From NCBI GenBank assembly GCA_964654665.1, contig CAZZKV010000002.1:75119-139118 (forward strand): a DNA stretch of 64,000 bases, read 5' to 3'. Below, piece by piece: positions 7,718-16,213 of this stretch. The notes beneath the pieces are model-generated. The model was not told the DNA's origin. It saw nothing but the letters and a program-made list of their open reading frames with translations, and searched no databases. How positions within the stretch are numbered: the first letter of the stretch is position 1; each line of letters opens with the position of its first letter. The translations under genes and the position numbers were made by a program. The DNA comes from an uncultured Caulobacterales bacterium (GTDB taxonomy: Bacteria > Pseudomonadota > Alphaproteobacteria > Caulobacterales > Maricaulaceae).

Positions 7718-9249
7718 AGACCTATATTTACGGGAACTGTTTCGCGCAGTTGGAATTTTAGCACTTTCCCTGTTCCGCCGCGCGGAAGTTCAGCCATGCA
7801 ATGGAGATATTTGGGTTTTTTAAAGGTCGCTAACTGACCCTCTACATGAGATAAAATATCCTCTATTGTCAGATTTTCACCCTGTTTGACTACAGCACAT
7901 ACACAGCCGGTTTCACCAAATTTTTCATCTTGTACCCCAATAACAGCAACCTCAATAATTTGCGGCATCTGATAAAGGATGTTTTCAATTTCTGCCGGAT
8001 AAACATTTTCACCACCTGAAATATACATATCCTTGACTCGATCTTCGATATAAACATAGCCATCTTCATTCATACGGCCAATATCACCAGAGCGGAACCA
8101 ACCATCCACAAAGCTTTTCGCATTGGCTTCGGGGTTTCGCCAATAGCCCGGCGTGATGGTGTTGCCTTTGAACCAGATTTCCCCCGGAACATTTGGGGCG
8201 CAGCTCTGCCCGGCTTCGTCGACTATCCGAATAGCCGAATGTAACAAAGCCCGTCCAGCAGACCCTATCATATGCGGAATATCCTCCTTGCCTAATATAC
8301 AGCCGCCTGCGGCGGTTTCAGTCATACCATAGCCTTCCTGAATGATGACGCCTTTGGTTAACCACCATTCCACTAATGATACCGGTACTGTTTCAGCCCC
8401 ACAAAGCGCCGTCACAATTCGGGAAAAATCCGTAGTTTCAACATCAGGATGGGCTTTCATTGCATTATACGCAGCAGGCACCATGAATAAAAGATTGATA
8501 CCCAAATCAGGGTCATTAATCGCCTTTAACGTCGCCGCCGGATCAAACATACGCATAATAACAGCCGTCCCGCCAATGGAAAGACTCGGTAGAGCTGTGA
8601 CATTCAAGCCTCCAATATGAAAAAGCGGCATATTATTCAGAGAGACTTGATCCGGACCGCTATTAGGGAGACGCGCTGTCGAACTCATTGTAAACTCAAG
8701 CATAGCATGGGTGATAATCACCCCCTTCGGGCTGCCGGTGGTTCCAGATGAATACATCAACAAACATTGATCCTCGATATTCTGGGGATGATAGTCATAA
8801 ATTGGCTTGGCGCTCGATAACCCACGCTCATAGCCACTATCGCCGCCCAATCCATCCGTATCGATCCAATGAGCAACATTGGTCAGCGCTTGAGCGGCTT
8901 TGCCCACCGGCTCAAACGGTTTATCCACTAAGACCATCGATGCCTCGGCATCATTGAGAATATAAGCCAACTCTGGCGGAGTCAGACGGAAATTAAGCGC
9001 CAAACAAATCGCGCCAATACGCCAACAGCCAAATATAAGTTCCAACACATCACTTGTATTCAGACATAGAAAAGCCACACGATCACCCGGTTGAATACCT
9101 TTGGATTTTAAAAACCCGGCTACGCGCGCAACGCGCTCATGTGTTTGCGCATAGGTAAAACGGCGCTGGCTCATCAAATCTATCATTGCCACTTTATCAG
9201 GGGTCGTCATCGCGTGATATTCTACCCAGTCACGTGCATATAGTGTCAT
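7714..9249 (-). CDS. AMP-dependent acyl-CoA synthetase/ligase
   Basis: Motifs YSSGTTGSPKG, GYGMTE, GDIGRMNEDGYVYIEDRVKD. The start is moved to ATG 9249 (GGGAGA SD), because the track start 9363 would overlap the divergent gene. Confidence 0.88.
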   Translation of the reverse strand: MTLYARDWVEYHAMTTPDKVAMIDLMSQRRFTYAQTHERVARVAGFLKSKGIQPGDRVAFLCLNTSDVLELIFGCWRIGAICLALNFRLTPPELAYILNDAEASMVLVDKPFEPVGKAAQALTNVAHWIDTDGLGGDSGYERGLSSAKPIYDYHPQNIEDQCLLMYSSGTTGSPKGVIITHAMLEFTMSSTARLPNSGPDQVSLNNMPLFHIGGLNVTALPSLSIGGTAVIMRMFDPAATLKAINDPDLGINLLFMVPAAYNAMKAHPDVETTDFSRIVTALCGAETVPVSLVEWWLTKGVIIQEGYGMTETAAGGCILGKEDIPHMIGSAGRALLHSAIRIVDEAGQSCAPNVPGEIWFKGNTITPGYWRNPEANAKSFVDGWFRSGDIGRMNEDGYVYIEDRVKDMYISGGENVYPAEIENILYQMPQIIEVAVIGVQDEKFGETGCVCAVVKQGENLTIEDILSHVEGQLATFKKPKYLHCMAELPRGGTGKVLKFQLRETVPVNIGL

Positions 9250-9361
9250 GTCATCTCCCGAATTTATTTGGTATTTTTTGCATAAGCATTTCGTTCTGCC
9301 AAGGGTTTCCACCGCCTGATTGTCATATTGTTTTATCCTGGCGCCCTGCTTATAAGCCCTC

Positions 9362-10315
9362 ATGACTTACCTGATCACAGGCGCCGCTGGCTTTATCGGA
9401 ATGCATGTCGCCCGCGCGTTATTAGAACGAGGCGAGACCGTTATCGGGTTTGATAATCTCAATGCTTATTATGACATTACCTTCAAACAGGCACGTATCA
9501 ATCAGTTATCACCCTATGAGACTTTCACTTTTGTAAAAGGGGATATCGCTGATGAGGCCGCTTTAACCGCGCTTTTTGCCGCCCATAATTTTACCGCAGT
9601 CATCCATCTTGCGGCACAGGCAGGGGTTAGATATTCTTTAGATAACCCCCAGAGCTATATTCGCAGCAATATACACGGATTTGCAAATATACTTGAAGTA
9701 TGCCGTCACAATGGGGCTCCGCACCTTATTTATGCTAGCTCCAGTTCCGTTTATGGAGGCAATACACACACACCTTTTTCCGAAAACGATCGTGTGGATC
9801 ACCCTGTTAGTCTTTATGCGGCAACAAAAAAATCAAACGAATTAATGGCTCACAGCTATGCTCATCTTTACAATATGGCTGTAACGGGACTGCGGTTCTT
9901 TACTGTATATGGTCCATGGGGTCGCCCTGACATGGCCCCTTATATATTTACACAAAAAATTATGGCCGGAGAACCGATTACCGTTTTTAATCATGGTCAT
10001 CATGCCCGCGATTTCACATATATCGATGACATAACAGCCGGCGTATTGCTCTGCCTTCCGCATAAAGGCGATGTTTATCGCCTTTATAACATAGGCCGCG
10101 GGCAATCTGTGGAACTCATGGATTTTATTGGTTATATAGAGCAAGCTACTGGTCAAAAAGCGATTATCAATTTTGCCGACATGCAAGCTGGCGATGTTCA
10201 AAAAACCCATGCCGATATTTCTCAATTACAAATGGACCTCGGCTACAAACCCCAAATCAGCATTCAGCAAGGCGTTGAACGTTTTATCGATTGGTATAAA
10301 AGCCAGACAGTATAA
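9362..10315 (+). CDS. NAD-dependent nucleotide-sugar epimerase (UDP-glucuronate 4-epimerase-like, extended SDR)
   Basis: GAAGFIG Rossmann motif, YAATKKSNE (YxxxK), and overall GalE/CapI-like sequence. Confidence 0.8.
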   Translation: MTYLITGAAGFIGMHVARALLERGETVIGFDNLNAYYDITFKQARINQLSPYETFTFVKGDIADEAALTALFAAHNFTAVIHLAAQAGVRYSLDNPQSYIRSNIHGFANILEVCRHNGAPHLIYASSSSVYGGNTHTPFSENDRVDHPVSLYAATKKSNELMAHSYAHLYNMAVTGLRFFTVYGPWGRPDMAPYIFTQKIMAGEPITVFNHGHHARDFTYIDDITAGVLLCLPHKGDVYRLYNIGRGQSVELMDFIGYIEQATGQKAIINFADMQAGDVQKTHADISQLQMDLGYKPQISIQQGVERFIDWYKSQTV

Positions 10316-10316
10316 T

Positions 10317-12062
10317 TTATTCGGCTACGCTTTTTTGTTCATCTAAATCCACCCGCGAGATAGCTGCACCGCATACCCGAAATACTTCGGTAAGCGAGGT
10401 GTGCCCAGCCCGGGCTTTTAATATTCCGTCTTCTAACAAGGTGATAAACCCTTGAGCCCGTGCCGTTTTCATCAGGCCCTGTAAGCTCGCACCCTTAAGA
10501 ATATCATCGGAAAGCGAATCATCAATACGGGCAACTTCAAATAAACCAATTCGGCCTTGATAGCCTGTATGACTACAATGCGCGCAACCCTTTGGAGCCC
10601 GCCAACTGGCCTTGCCCCGCAGTTGCGACTCAATGGGGCTCCCAGATTCAATCATAGCCCATATTTTATCTTCTCCGTCTGGGCTTTTGACGGACACAGA
10701 ACAATGCTCACATAATTTTCGGACAAGGCGCTGTGCAGCCAGTCCGCGCACAGCTGAAACAACCATATAGGGTTCAAGCCCAATATCGATGAGACGGGCA
10801 ACCGCCGCCAGAGCTGAATTTGTATGCAAAGTCGAGAGCACCAGATGCCCCGTAAGAGCCGCTTGGGCGGCGATAGTGGCTGTTTCTCCATCCCGAATTT
10901 CACCAACCATAATAATATCGGGATCTTGACGCAAAATTGCCCGCAATCCTTTCGCAAATGTATATCCGATATTCGCATTGGTTTGAATTTGGATAACCCC
11001 ATCCATGTCATATTCAACAGGATCTTCAATTGTGATAATTTTATGATCTCCGTCATTTAGCCCCTGTAAGCCGCGATAAAGCGTTGTCGATTTACCTGAC
11101 CCCGTAGGGCCCGTTACCAATATCACGCCATTCGGCAATGTGAAAAGATCTTCAAGTACTGCTTTGGCGTGGCCATCAAGACCAAGGCTTTGCAAGTCAG
11201 GGAGTTGTCCTTCTTTGCGCAGCAACCGTAGAACCAAACTCTCGCCCCATGATCCCGGCAATGAGGACACGCGCAAATCAATATCTTGGCCGGAAAATCG
11301 GATAGATTGCCGCCCATCCTGCGGCAGACGTCGTTCAGCAATATCCATACCTGACAGTAACTTTACCCGACTTACTACGGCATCAAACCGACCGCGACCT
11401 TCGGTCTGACGTGTGTGCAGCACACCATCAATACGATAACGCACCTGAAATTTAGTCTCGAAAGGTTCGATATGAATGTCAGAGGCATTATCTTTCAAGG
11501 CCGTCGAAAATACACGGTTAACAAAATCAATGACCGGGGCTTCTTCAGCTAATTCACGCAAGCGCTGGGCTTCGTCATCACTTCCATTATCCGTAGTCAG
11601 ACCATCGGTTATTGGAACGATTGCATTTTGTCCAGTTTCTATTGTTTGATTGCTAGCCAGATAATAACAGATCATAAGCTGGTTTTGATAGGCAATACGC
11701 TCAACCCGTTCCCGAATTTCAGGATCCAATATATTTTGTGCTGTCACGCATAGACGTCCCGTTTCATCCATCCAAACCAAACATTCCCGAGCTAATAACC
11801 AATCATGCGTAACCCCAAAGGCCTTCATAGCCTGTTCGAAAGCCTCAACATTGTTTGGAAAATCGGGTGGATTAATTATATCGAGCTGTAATTGCTCCGA
11901 TAAAACATGAAGCAGATCATCCTCGGCAATCGCGCCAATTCGTAAAAGAGCTTGCCCAATGAGGCCACCGACCTCATCTTGCAAACGGAGCGCTTGTGCC
12001 AAATCCGTCTCTGACACCAATTGGCGCGCGCGTAACATATCTCCAAGACGCTGATAACGCAT
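10317..12062 (-). CDS. gspE: type II secretion system ATPase GspE
   Basis: Walker A GPTGSGKSTT, Asp/His boxes, tetracysteine CEHC...CAHC, and an N-terminal T2SSE_N/MshEN-like domain. ATG is at 12062 (the track starts at GTG 12065). Confidence 0.92.
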   Translation of the reverse strand: MRYQRLGDMLRARQLVSETDLAQALRLQDEVGGLIGQALLRIGAIAEDDLLHVLSEQLQLDIINPPDFPNNVEAFEQAMKAFGVTHDWLLARECLVWMDETGRLCVTAQNILDPEIRERVERIAYQNQLMICYYLASNQTIETGQNAIVPITDGLTTDNGSDDEAQRLRELAEEAPVIDFVNRVFSTALKDNASDIHIEPFETKFQVRYRIDGVLHTRQTEGRGRFDAVVSRVKLLSGMDIAERRLPQDGRQSIRFSGQDIDLRVSSLPGSWGESLVLRLLRKEGQLPDLQSLGLDGHAKAVLEDLFTLPNGVILVTGPTGSGKSTTLYRGLQGLNDGDHKIITIEDPVEYDMDGVIQIQTNANIGYTFAKGLRAILRQDPDIIMVGEIRDGETATIAAQAALTGHLVLSTLHTNSALAAVARLIDIGLEPYMVVSAVRGLAAQRLVRKLCEHCSVSVKSPDGEDKIWAMIESGSPIESQLRGKASWRAPKGCAHCSHTGYQGRIGLFEVARIDDSLSDDILKGASLQGLMKTARAQGFITLLEDGILKARAGHTSLTEVFRVCGAAISRVDLDEQKSVAE

Positions 12063-12196
12063 CACATTAAACCGATGAAAACAGGGTAAGTCATGAAAAG
12101 CTTATAGGGGGCAAGCCGCAAAATTCCAATGAGTTTTCATTCATCTGGGATAGGTAATAAGAGCTCCCCCTATTTTTCAAAATAAGCTCTTTTCGT

Positions 12197-12222
12197 AATA
12201 AAAAGGCGGCCTAAGGCCGCCT
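12197..12222 (-). terminator. rho-independent terminator downstream of secreted-protein copy A
   Basis: On the - strand: GGCGGCC-TTA-GGCCGCC hairpin followed by TTTTTAT. Confidence 0.75.
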
Positions 12223-12268
12223 AAAACATGGGTGAGATTATTGAATTTATTCTCTAGCCTGGTGGATC

Positions 12269-13717
12269 TTAAAAAGGTCCCAAAACAGGTACTCTTCTTA
12301 GACTAAAATTATCGCCATCACGTATCGGCTCTGGTGAGTCAAGATTATCAACATTTGCACCTTCACCAAATGGAGCGACATTACCGCCGGCTGATGCGAT
12401 CAAACGGTCAACATCAAGACGGTTATTTGTCTGGAATGACAACAGAATATCTGCAGAGTCATAACCCGGATTTAGATCTTCAAGCTCAACCCGTGACCGA
12501 ATACGAGCATTACCCGAAGCATCCCCGGTGATTGTACCCGTAGCCACTGTATTATTAGCCGAGTTTCTATACTCAACCGTATAAATTACAGGAACGCCCG
12601 GCGTTAGGCCGGTAATCCGGTAAACAGAGTTTACAGCTGCGCCCGCACCGCGGTTCCAGTCAAAGAAACCAAATGTTGCGCCTTCACGCTGCAAGCCGTC
12701 CAAAGCACCGCCTGTACCGTCTTCAAAAGCAATCAGGTTCGGATTACCAAAGAAACAGCGTGGGTCGCTAACGGAAACAGTTGTCGCATTAATAGACACA
12801 ACACCCCCTTCGTCAGTACCAACAGGCGTAATCGTAATATTATCCGGTATACCATCCGTTAAAGTGAATAGACCGCCTGCAACATTAGAGTTGTAAACGA
12901 AACGATCGGATGTTGGCGACAATCGTGTCAACGGAATACCGCCAACAGCAACGCCTGCAATACCTGTGGCGTCATCAAAGTCTACATTGAACTGCACACG
13001 GGCAATATCACCCGGAACAAACGGTGTGCCTGTAATATCTGTTGATGTCGTACCATCAACCGTAACATTAATTGATCCCAAAACAGGATCATTCACACTG
13101 TTGTAATCATCCAGAAGAATAACGGTATCAGAGATATTTTCGTCCGAAGTAACATCGAACTGCTTGCCATCTTCACACGAAATCAAACCGTCATCCGTGC
13201 TGGCACCGTTCACGTCATTCTCGATGAATGTCGTTGTACCAGTTAACGCCGCCGTAACAGTAATAGATGATCCCATTGTCGGGCATCCTGTAATCGCGAG
13301 CGGAAGATCAAAACCAATAAGGTTATCAGGGTTCACATTGTCAATAGAGACAAGGAATGTCGCCGTTGATGAACCGACACCGCCGCCTGATTGTAAAGAG
13401 GCTGATGACGCCGGTGTTCCGTTAGCAACATCGGGCGTGATCGCGCCGCCTGTCAAACCCGCCTGGAATGAAATTCCATCAGGGAGCGTAACAACAATAT
13501 CGAGGTTACCACCAGCTGGGAAATTACCGCCATTTGTGAGAGCCAGATCAAATTGGAAATTACCTGTTTGCGGATTATTGGCTAAATCAACTTCAGTGGC
13601 AAAAACAAGTCCGCCCGGACCTGCTGGAGTTACCACATTTTCAATTTCGAGAGCGCTCGCGCTGCCCGCTGTAAGCGCAACCAAGGAAGCGGCTGCGAAG
13701 AGTTTTTTGAGTGTCAT
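12269..13717 (-). CDS. secreted acidic Gly/Thr/Asn/Asp-rich protein, copy A (unknown family, putative T2SS substrate or surface protein)
   Basis: Signal peptide MTLKKLFAAASLVALTAGSASA/LEIEN. GAGGAAG SD before ATG 13717 (the track start 13729 is TTG). It has its own terminator and lies inside the gsp cluster. Confidence 0.85.
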   Translation of the reverse strand: MTLKKLFAAASLVALTAGSASALEIENVVTPAGPGGLVFATEVDLANNPQTGNFQFDLALTNGGNFPAGGNLDIVVTLPDGISFQAGLTGGAITPDVANGTPASSASLQSGGGVGSSTATFLVSIDNVNPDNLIGFDLPLAITGCPTMGSSITVTAALTGTTTFIENDVNGASTDDGLISCEDGKQFDVTSDENISDTVILLDDYNSVNDPVLGSINVTVDGTTSTDITGTPFVPGDIARVQFNVDFDDATGIAGVAVGGIPLTRLSPTSDRFVYNSNVAGGLFTLTDGIPDNITITPVGTDEGGVVSINATTVSVSDPRCFFGNPNLIAFEDGTGGALDGLQREGATFGFFDWNRGAGAAVNSVYRITGLTPGVPVIYTVEYRNSANNTVATGTITGDASGNARIRSRVELEDLNPGYDSADILLSFQTNNRLDVDRLIASAGGNVAPFGEGANVDNLDSPEPIRDGDNFSLRRVPVLGPF

Positions 13718-13750
13718 GTTCTTCCTCAATAGTTAGTTTCAATGAATTTT
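12308..13750. repeat. tandem duplication unit A (about 1.44 kb), partner at +1714 bp
   Basis: The sense translation and two antisense shadow ORFs are identical between copies. My spot checks of the DNA match. I found one substitution (12325 T vs 14039 G). Confidence 0.9.
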
Positions 13751-13954
13751 AGTAAAAATTACTTATTAGTGTAAATTAATATACTGCTAATCATAACACT
13801 CGCCAGTGGTCAAGTCTTTCACACTCTTAGCGCCCAATATACTCGCTTAAATTGCATTATTATATTTTTTCTCTAAATTAATCTATAGTTTTAGAATTCA
13901 AAAGTTTCATACAATACTTTAAAAACAAATACGCTCAACATATTTGCTATGCAC

Positions 13955-13982
13955 ATAAAAAAAGGCGGCCAAAAGACCGCCT
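13955..13982 (-). terminator. rho-independent terminator downstream of secreted-protein copy B
   Basis: On the - strand: AGGCGG(TC)...(GC)CCGCCT hairpin followed by a T7 run. Confidence 0.65.
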
Positions 13983-14003
13983 CAATATAATTTGTTGACT
14001 AGC

Positions 14004-15431
14004 TTATGTAGGGCCACCAACATTATCGCCATCACGTAGCGGCTCTGGTGAGTCAAGATTATCAACATTTGCACCTTCACCAAATGGAGCGACATTACCG
14101 CCGGCTGATGCGATCAAACGGTCAACATCAAGACGGTTATTTGTCTGGAATGACAACAGAATATCTGCAGAGTCATAACCCGGATTTAGATCTTCAAGCT
14201 CAACCCGTGACCGAATACGAGCATTACCCGAAGCATCCCCGGTGATTGTACCCGTAGCCACTGTATTATTAGCCGAGTTTCTATACTCAACCGTATAAAT
14301 TACAGGAACGCCCGGCGTTAGGCCGGTAATCCGGTAAACAGAGTTTACAGCTGCGCCCGCACCGCGGTTCCAGTCAAAGAAACCAAATGTTGCGCCTTCA
14401 CGCTGCAAGCCGTCCAAAGCACCGCCTGTACCGTCTTCAAAAGCAATCAGGTTCGGATTACCAAAGAAACAGCGTGGGTCGCTAACGGAAACAGTTGTCG
14501 CATTAATAGACACAACACCCCCTTCGTCAGTACCAACAGGCGTAATCGTAATATTATCCGGTATACCATCCGTTAAAGTGAATAGACCGCCTGCAACATT
14601 AGAGTTGTAAACGAAACGATCGGATGTTGGCGACAATCGTGTCAACGGAATACCGCCAACAGCAACGCCTGCAATACCTGTGGCGTCATCAAAGTCTACA
14701 TTGAACTGCACACGGGCAATATCACCCGGAACAAACGGTGTGCCTGTAATATCTGTTGATGTCGTACCATCAACCGTAACATTAATTGATCCCAAAACAG
14801 GATCATTCACACTGTTGTAATCATCCAGAAGAATAACGGTATCAGAGATATTTTCGTCCGAAGTAACATCGAACTGCTTGCCATCTTCACACGAAATCAA
14901 ACCGTCATCCGTGCTGGCACCGTTCACGTCATTCTCGATGAATGTCGTTGTACCAGTTAACGCCGCCGTAACAGTAATAGATGATCCCATTGTCGGGCAT
15001 CCTGTAATCGCGAGCGGAAGATCAAAACCAATAAGGTTATCAGGGTTCACATTGTCAATAGAGACAAGGAATGTCGCCGTTGATGAACCGACACCGCCGC
15101 CTGATTGTAAAGAGGCTGATGACGCCGGTGTTCCGTTAGCAACATCGGGCGTGATCGCGCCGCCTGTCAAACCCGCCTGGAATGAAATTCCATCAGGGAG
15201 CGTAACAACAATATCGAGGTTACCACCAGCTGGGAAATTACCGCCATTTGTGAGAGCCAGATCAAATTGGAAATTACCTGTTTGCGGATTATTGGCTAAA
15301 TCAACTTCAGTGGCAAAAACAAGTCCGCCCGGACCTGCTGGAGTTACCACATTTTCAATTTCGAGAGCGCTCGCGCTGCCCGCTGTAAGCGCAACCAAGG
15401 AAGCGGCTGCGAAGAGTTTTTTGAGTGTCAT
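14004..15431 (-). CDS. secreted acidic Gly/Thr/Asn/Asp-rich protein, copy B
   Basis: Identical to copy A through ...NLDSPEP, then a different tail (LRDGDNVGGPT vs IRDGDNFSLRRVPVLGPF). Same SD and start context. Confidence 0.85.
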   Translation of the reverse strand: MTLKKLFAAASLVALTAGSASALEIENVVTPAGPGGLVFATEVDLANNPQTGNFQFDLALTNGGNFPAGGNLDIVVTLPDGISFQAGLTGGAITPDVANGTPASSASLQSGGGVGSSTATFLVSIDNVNPDNLIGFDLPLAITGCPTMGSSITVTAALTGTTTFIENDVNGASTDDGLISCEDGKQFDVTSDENISDTVILLDDYNSVNDPVLGSINVTVDGTTSTDITGTPFVPGDIARVQFNVDFDDATGIAGVAVGGIPLTRLSPTSDRFVYNSNVAGGLFTLTDGIPDNITITPVGTDEGGVVSINATTVSVSDPRCFFGNPNLIAFEDGTGGALDGLQREGATFGFFDWNRGAGAAVNSVYRITGLTPGVPVIYTVEYRNSANNTVATGTITGDASGNARIRSRVELEDLNPGYDSADILLSFQTNNRLDVDRLIASAGGNVAPFGEGANVDNLDSPEPLRDGDNVGGPT

Positions 15432-15464
15432 GTTCTTCCTCAATAGTTAGTTTATATAGAGCGT
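14022..15464. repeat. tandem duplication unit B
   Basis: See unit A. Identity ends 33 nt upstream of the ATG and 13 or 6 codons before the respective stops. Confidence 0.9.
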
Positions 15465-15739
15465 GGAAAAACCACACCCGTCCCTTTGGGTCAAGGCTTT
15501 ATTGAGTCGGCATGTTCCGATACCCTTTTGGCCCTGTATTGCGTATAGAAAGTCATATCTGCCTAGTCAAGCATTACAATGTTAAAACCACACTGTAATC
15601 TTATCTAGCCCCGCCTAACTTCCGCTACTATCCGTTCCGTGCCCTCTTGGGCTTAATAAATCCCTAACACCCCCGTTAAAAGGTCATTTTTTGCTTATAT
15701 TCAGCGCTGTTGCAAAAACATCACAGTTTTTACAAAATT

Positions 15740-16213
15740 TCACAACTCCCCAATAACTGGCCGTATGGCTGTCCATCCCAGGGCTTTGATGTGAAATCGA
15801 TCCGTTTGTCGAAACGGCGTTGTAACCACGACCTCTACGCTATATATCGACACGGTAAATCGCCCCTCCCCTTCATCAACATCACGGGCTATTTGAGCCG
15901 GTTGTAGGGGACGAGCCTGCCACTGAATCCGATACTGACCTTGTATGAATTCGCCTTGAAGATTTTGATCTATATTTTGAGCGGCAATCAAATTAACAAC
16001 ATTTTCCCGGATTGCGATACGGTCACTAGCCCGTTCAAACCCTGTAATCGTGCGCATAAACTGTCCCTGTAAGTGCAATAAAGGCAACATAGCTGCCGCC
16101 AGAATAGCCATTGCTACCATTGCCTCTAGAACCGAAAATCCCTGACTCTTTACGCCGCGCCCGTTCCGCCGTCGTTTTTTCAGGCCAATCTGTATAAAGC
16201 CTTCAAGTGTCAC
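15740..16213 (-). CDS. minor pseudopilin (GspI-like by size and by elimination)
   Basis: Prepilin cleavage/methylation motif KSQG/FSVLEAMVAMAILAAAML. The GTG start overlaps the gspD stop (GTGA). Confidence 0.6.
   Translation of the reverse strand: MTLEGFIQIGLKKRRRNGRGVKSQGFSVLEAMVAMAILAAAMLPLLHLQGQFMRTITGFERASDRIAIRENVVNLIAAQNIDQNLQGEFIQGQYRIQWQARPLQPAQIARDVDEGEGRFTVSIYSVEVVVTTPFRQTDRFHIKALGWTAIRPVIGEL

Noticed and set aside
9250-9363. 38-codon N-terminal extension of the acyl-CoA synthetase ORF
   Set aside because: It would overlap the divergent epimerase start and has no SD. ATG 9249 has a GGGAGA SD and gives a normal family N-terminus.
12290-12330. SPEP motif near the C-terminus as a PEP-CTERM sorting signal
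   Set aside because: No hydrophobic TM segment plus Arg cluster follows. The tails are short, polar and differ between copies.
13164-13736. 190-aa + strand ORF (and its twin at 14878-15450, plus the 65-aa ORFs at 12334 and 14048)
   Set aside because: These are antisense shadows of the duplicated secreted-protein genes. They have no SD and a low-complexity P/S/A-rich translation. They are useful only as evidence that the two DNA copies are identical.
12269-15464. The repeat as a mobile element, CRISPR-like array or assembly of IS copies
   Set aside because: There are only two units of 1.44 kb, and they are protein-coding. I saw no transposase, integrase, inverted terminal repeats or short spacers.
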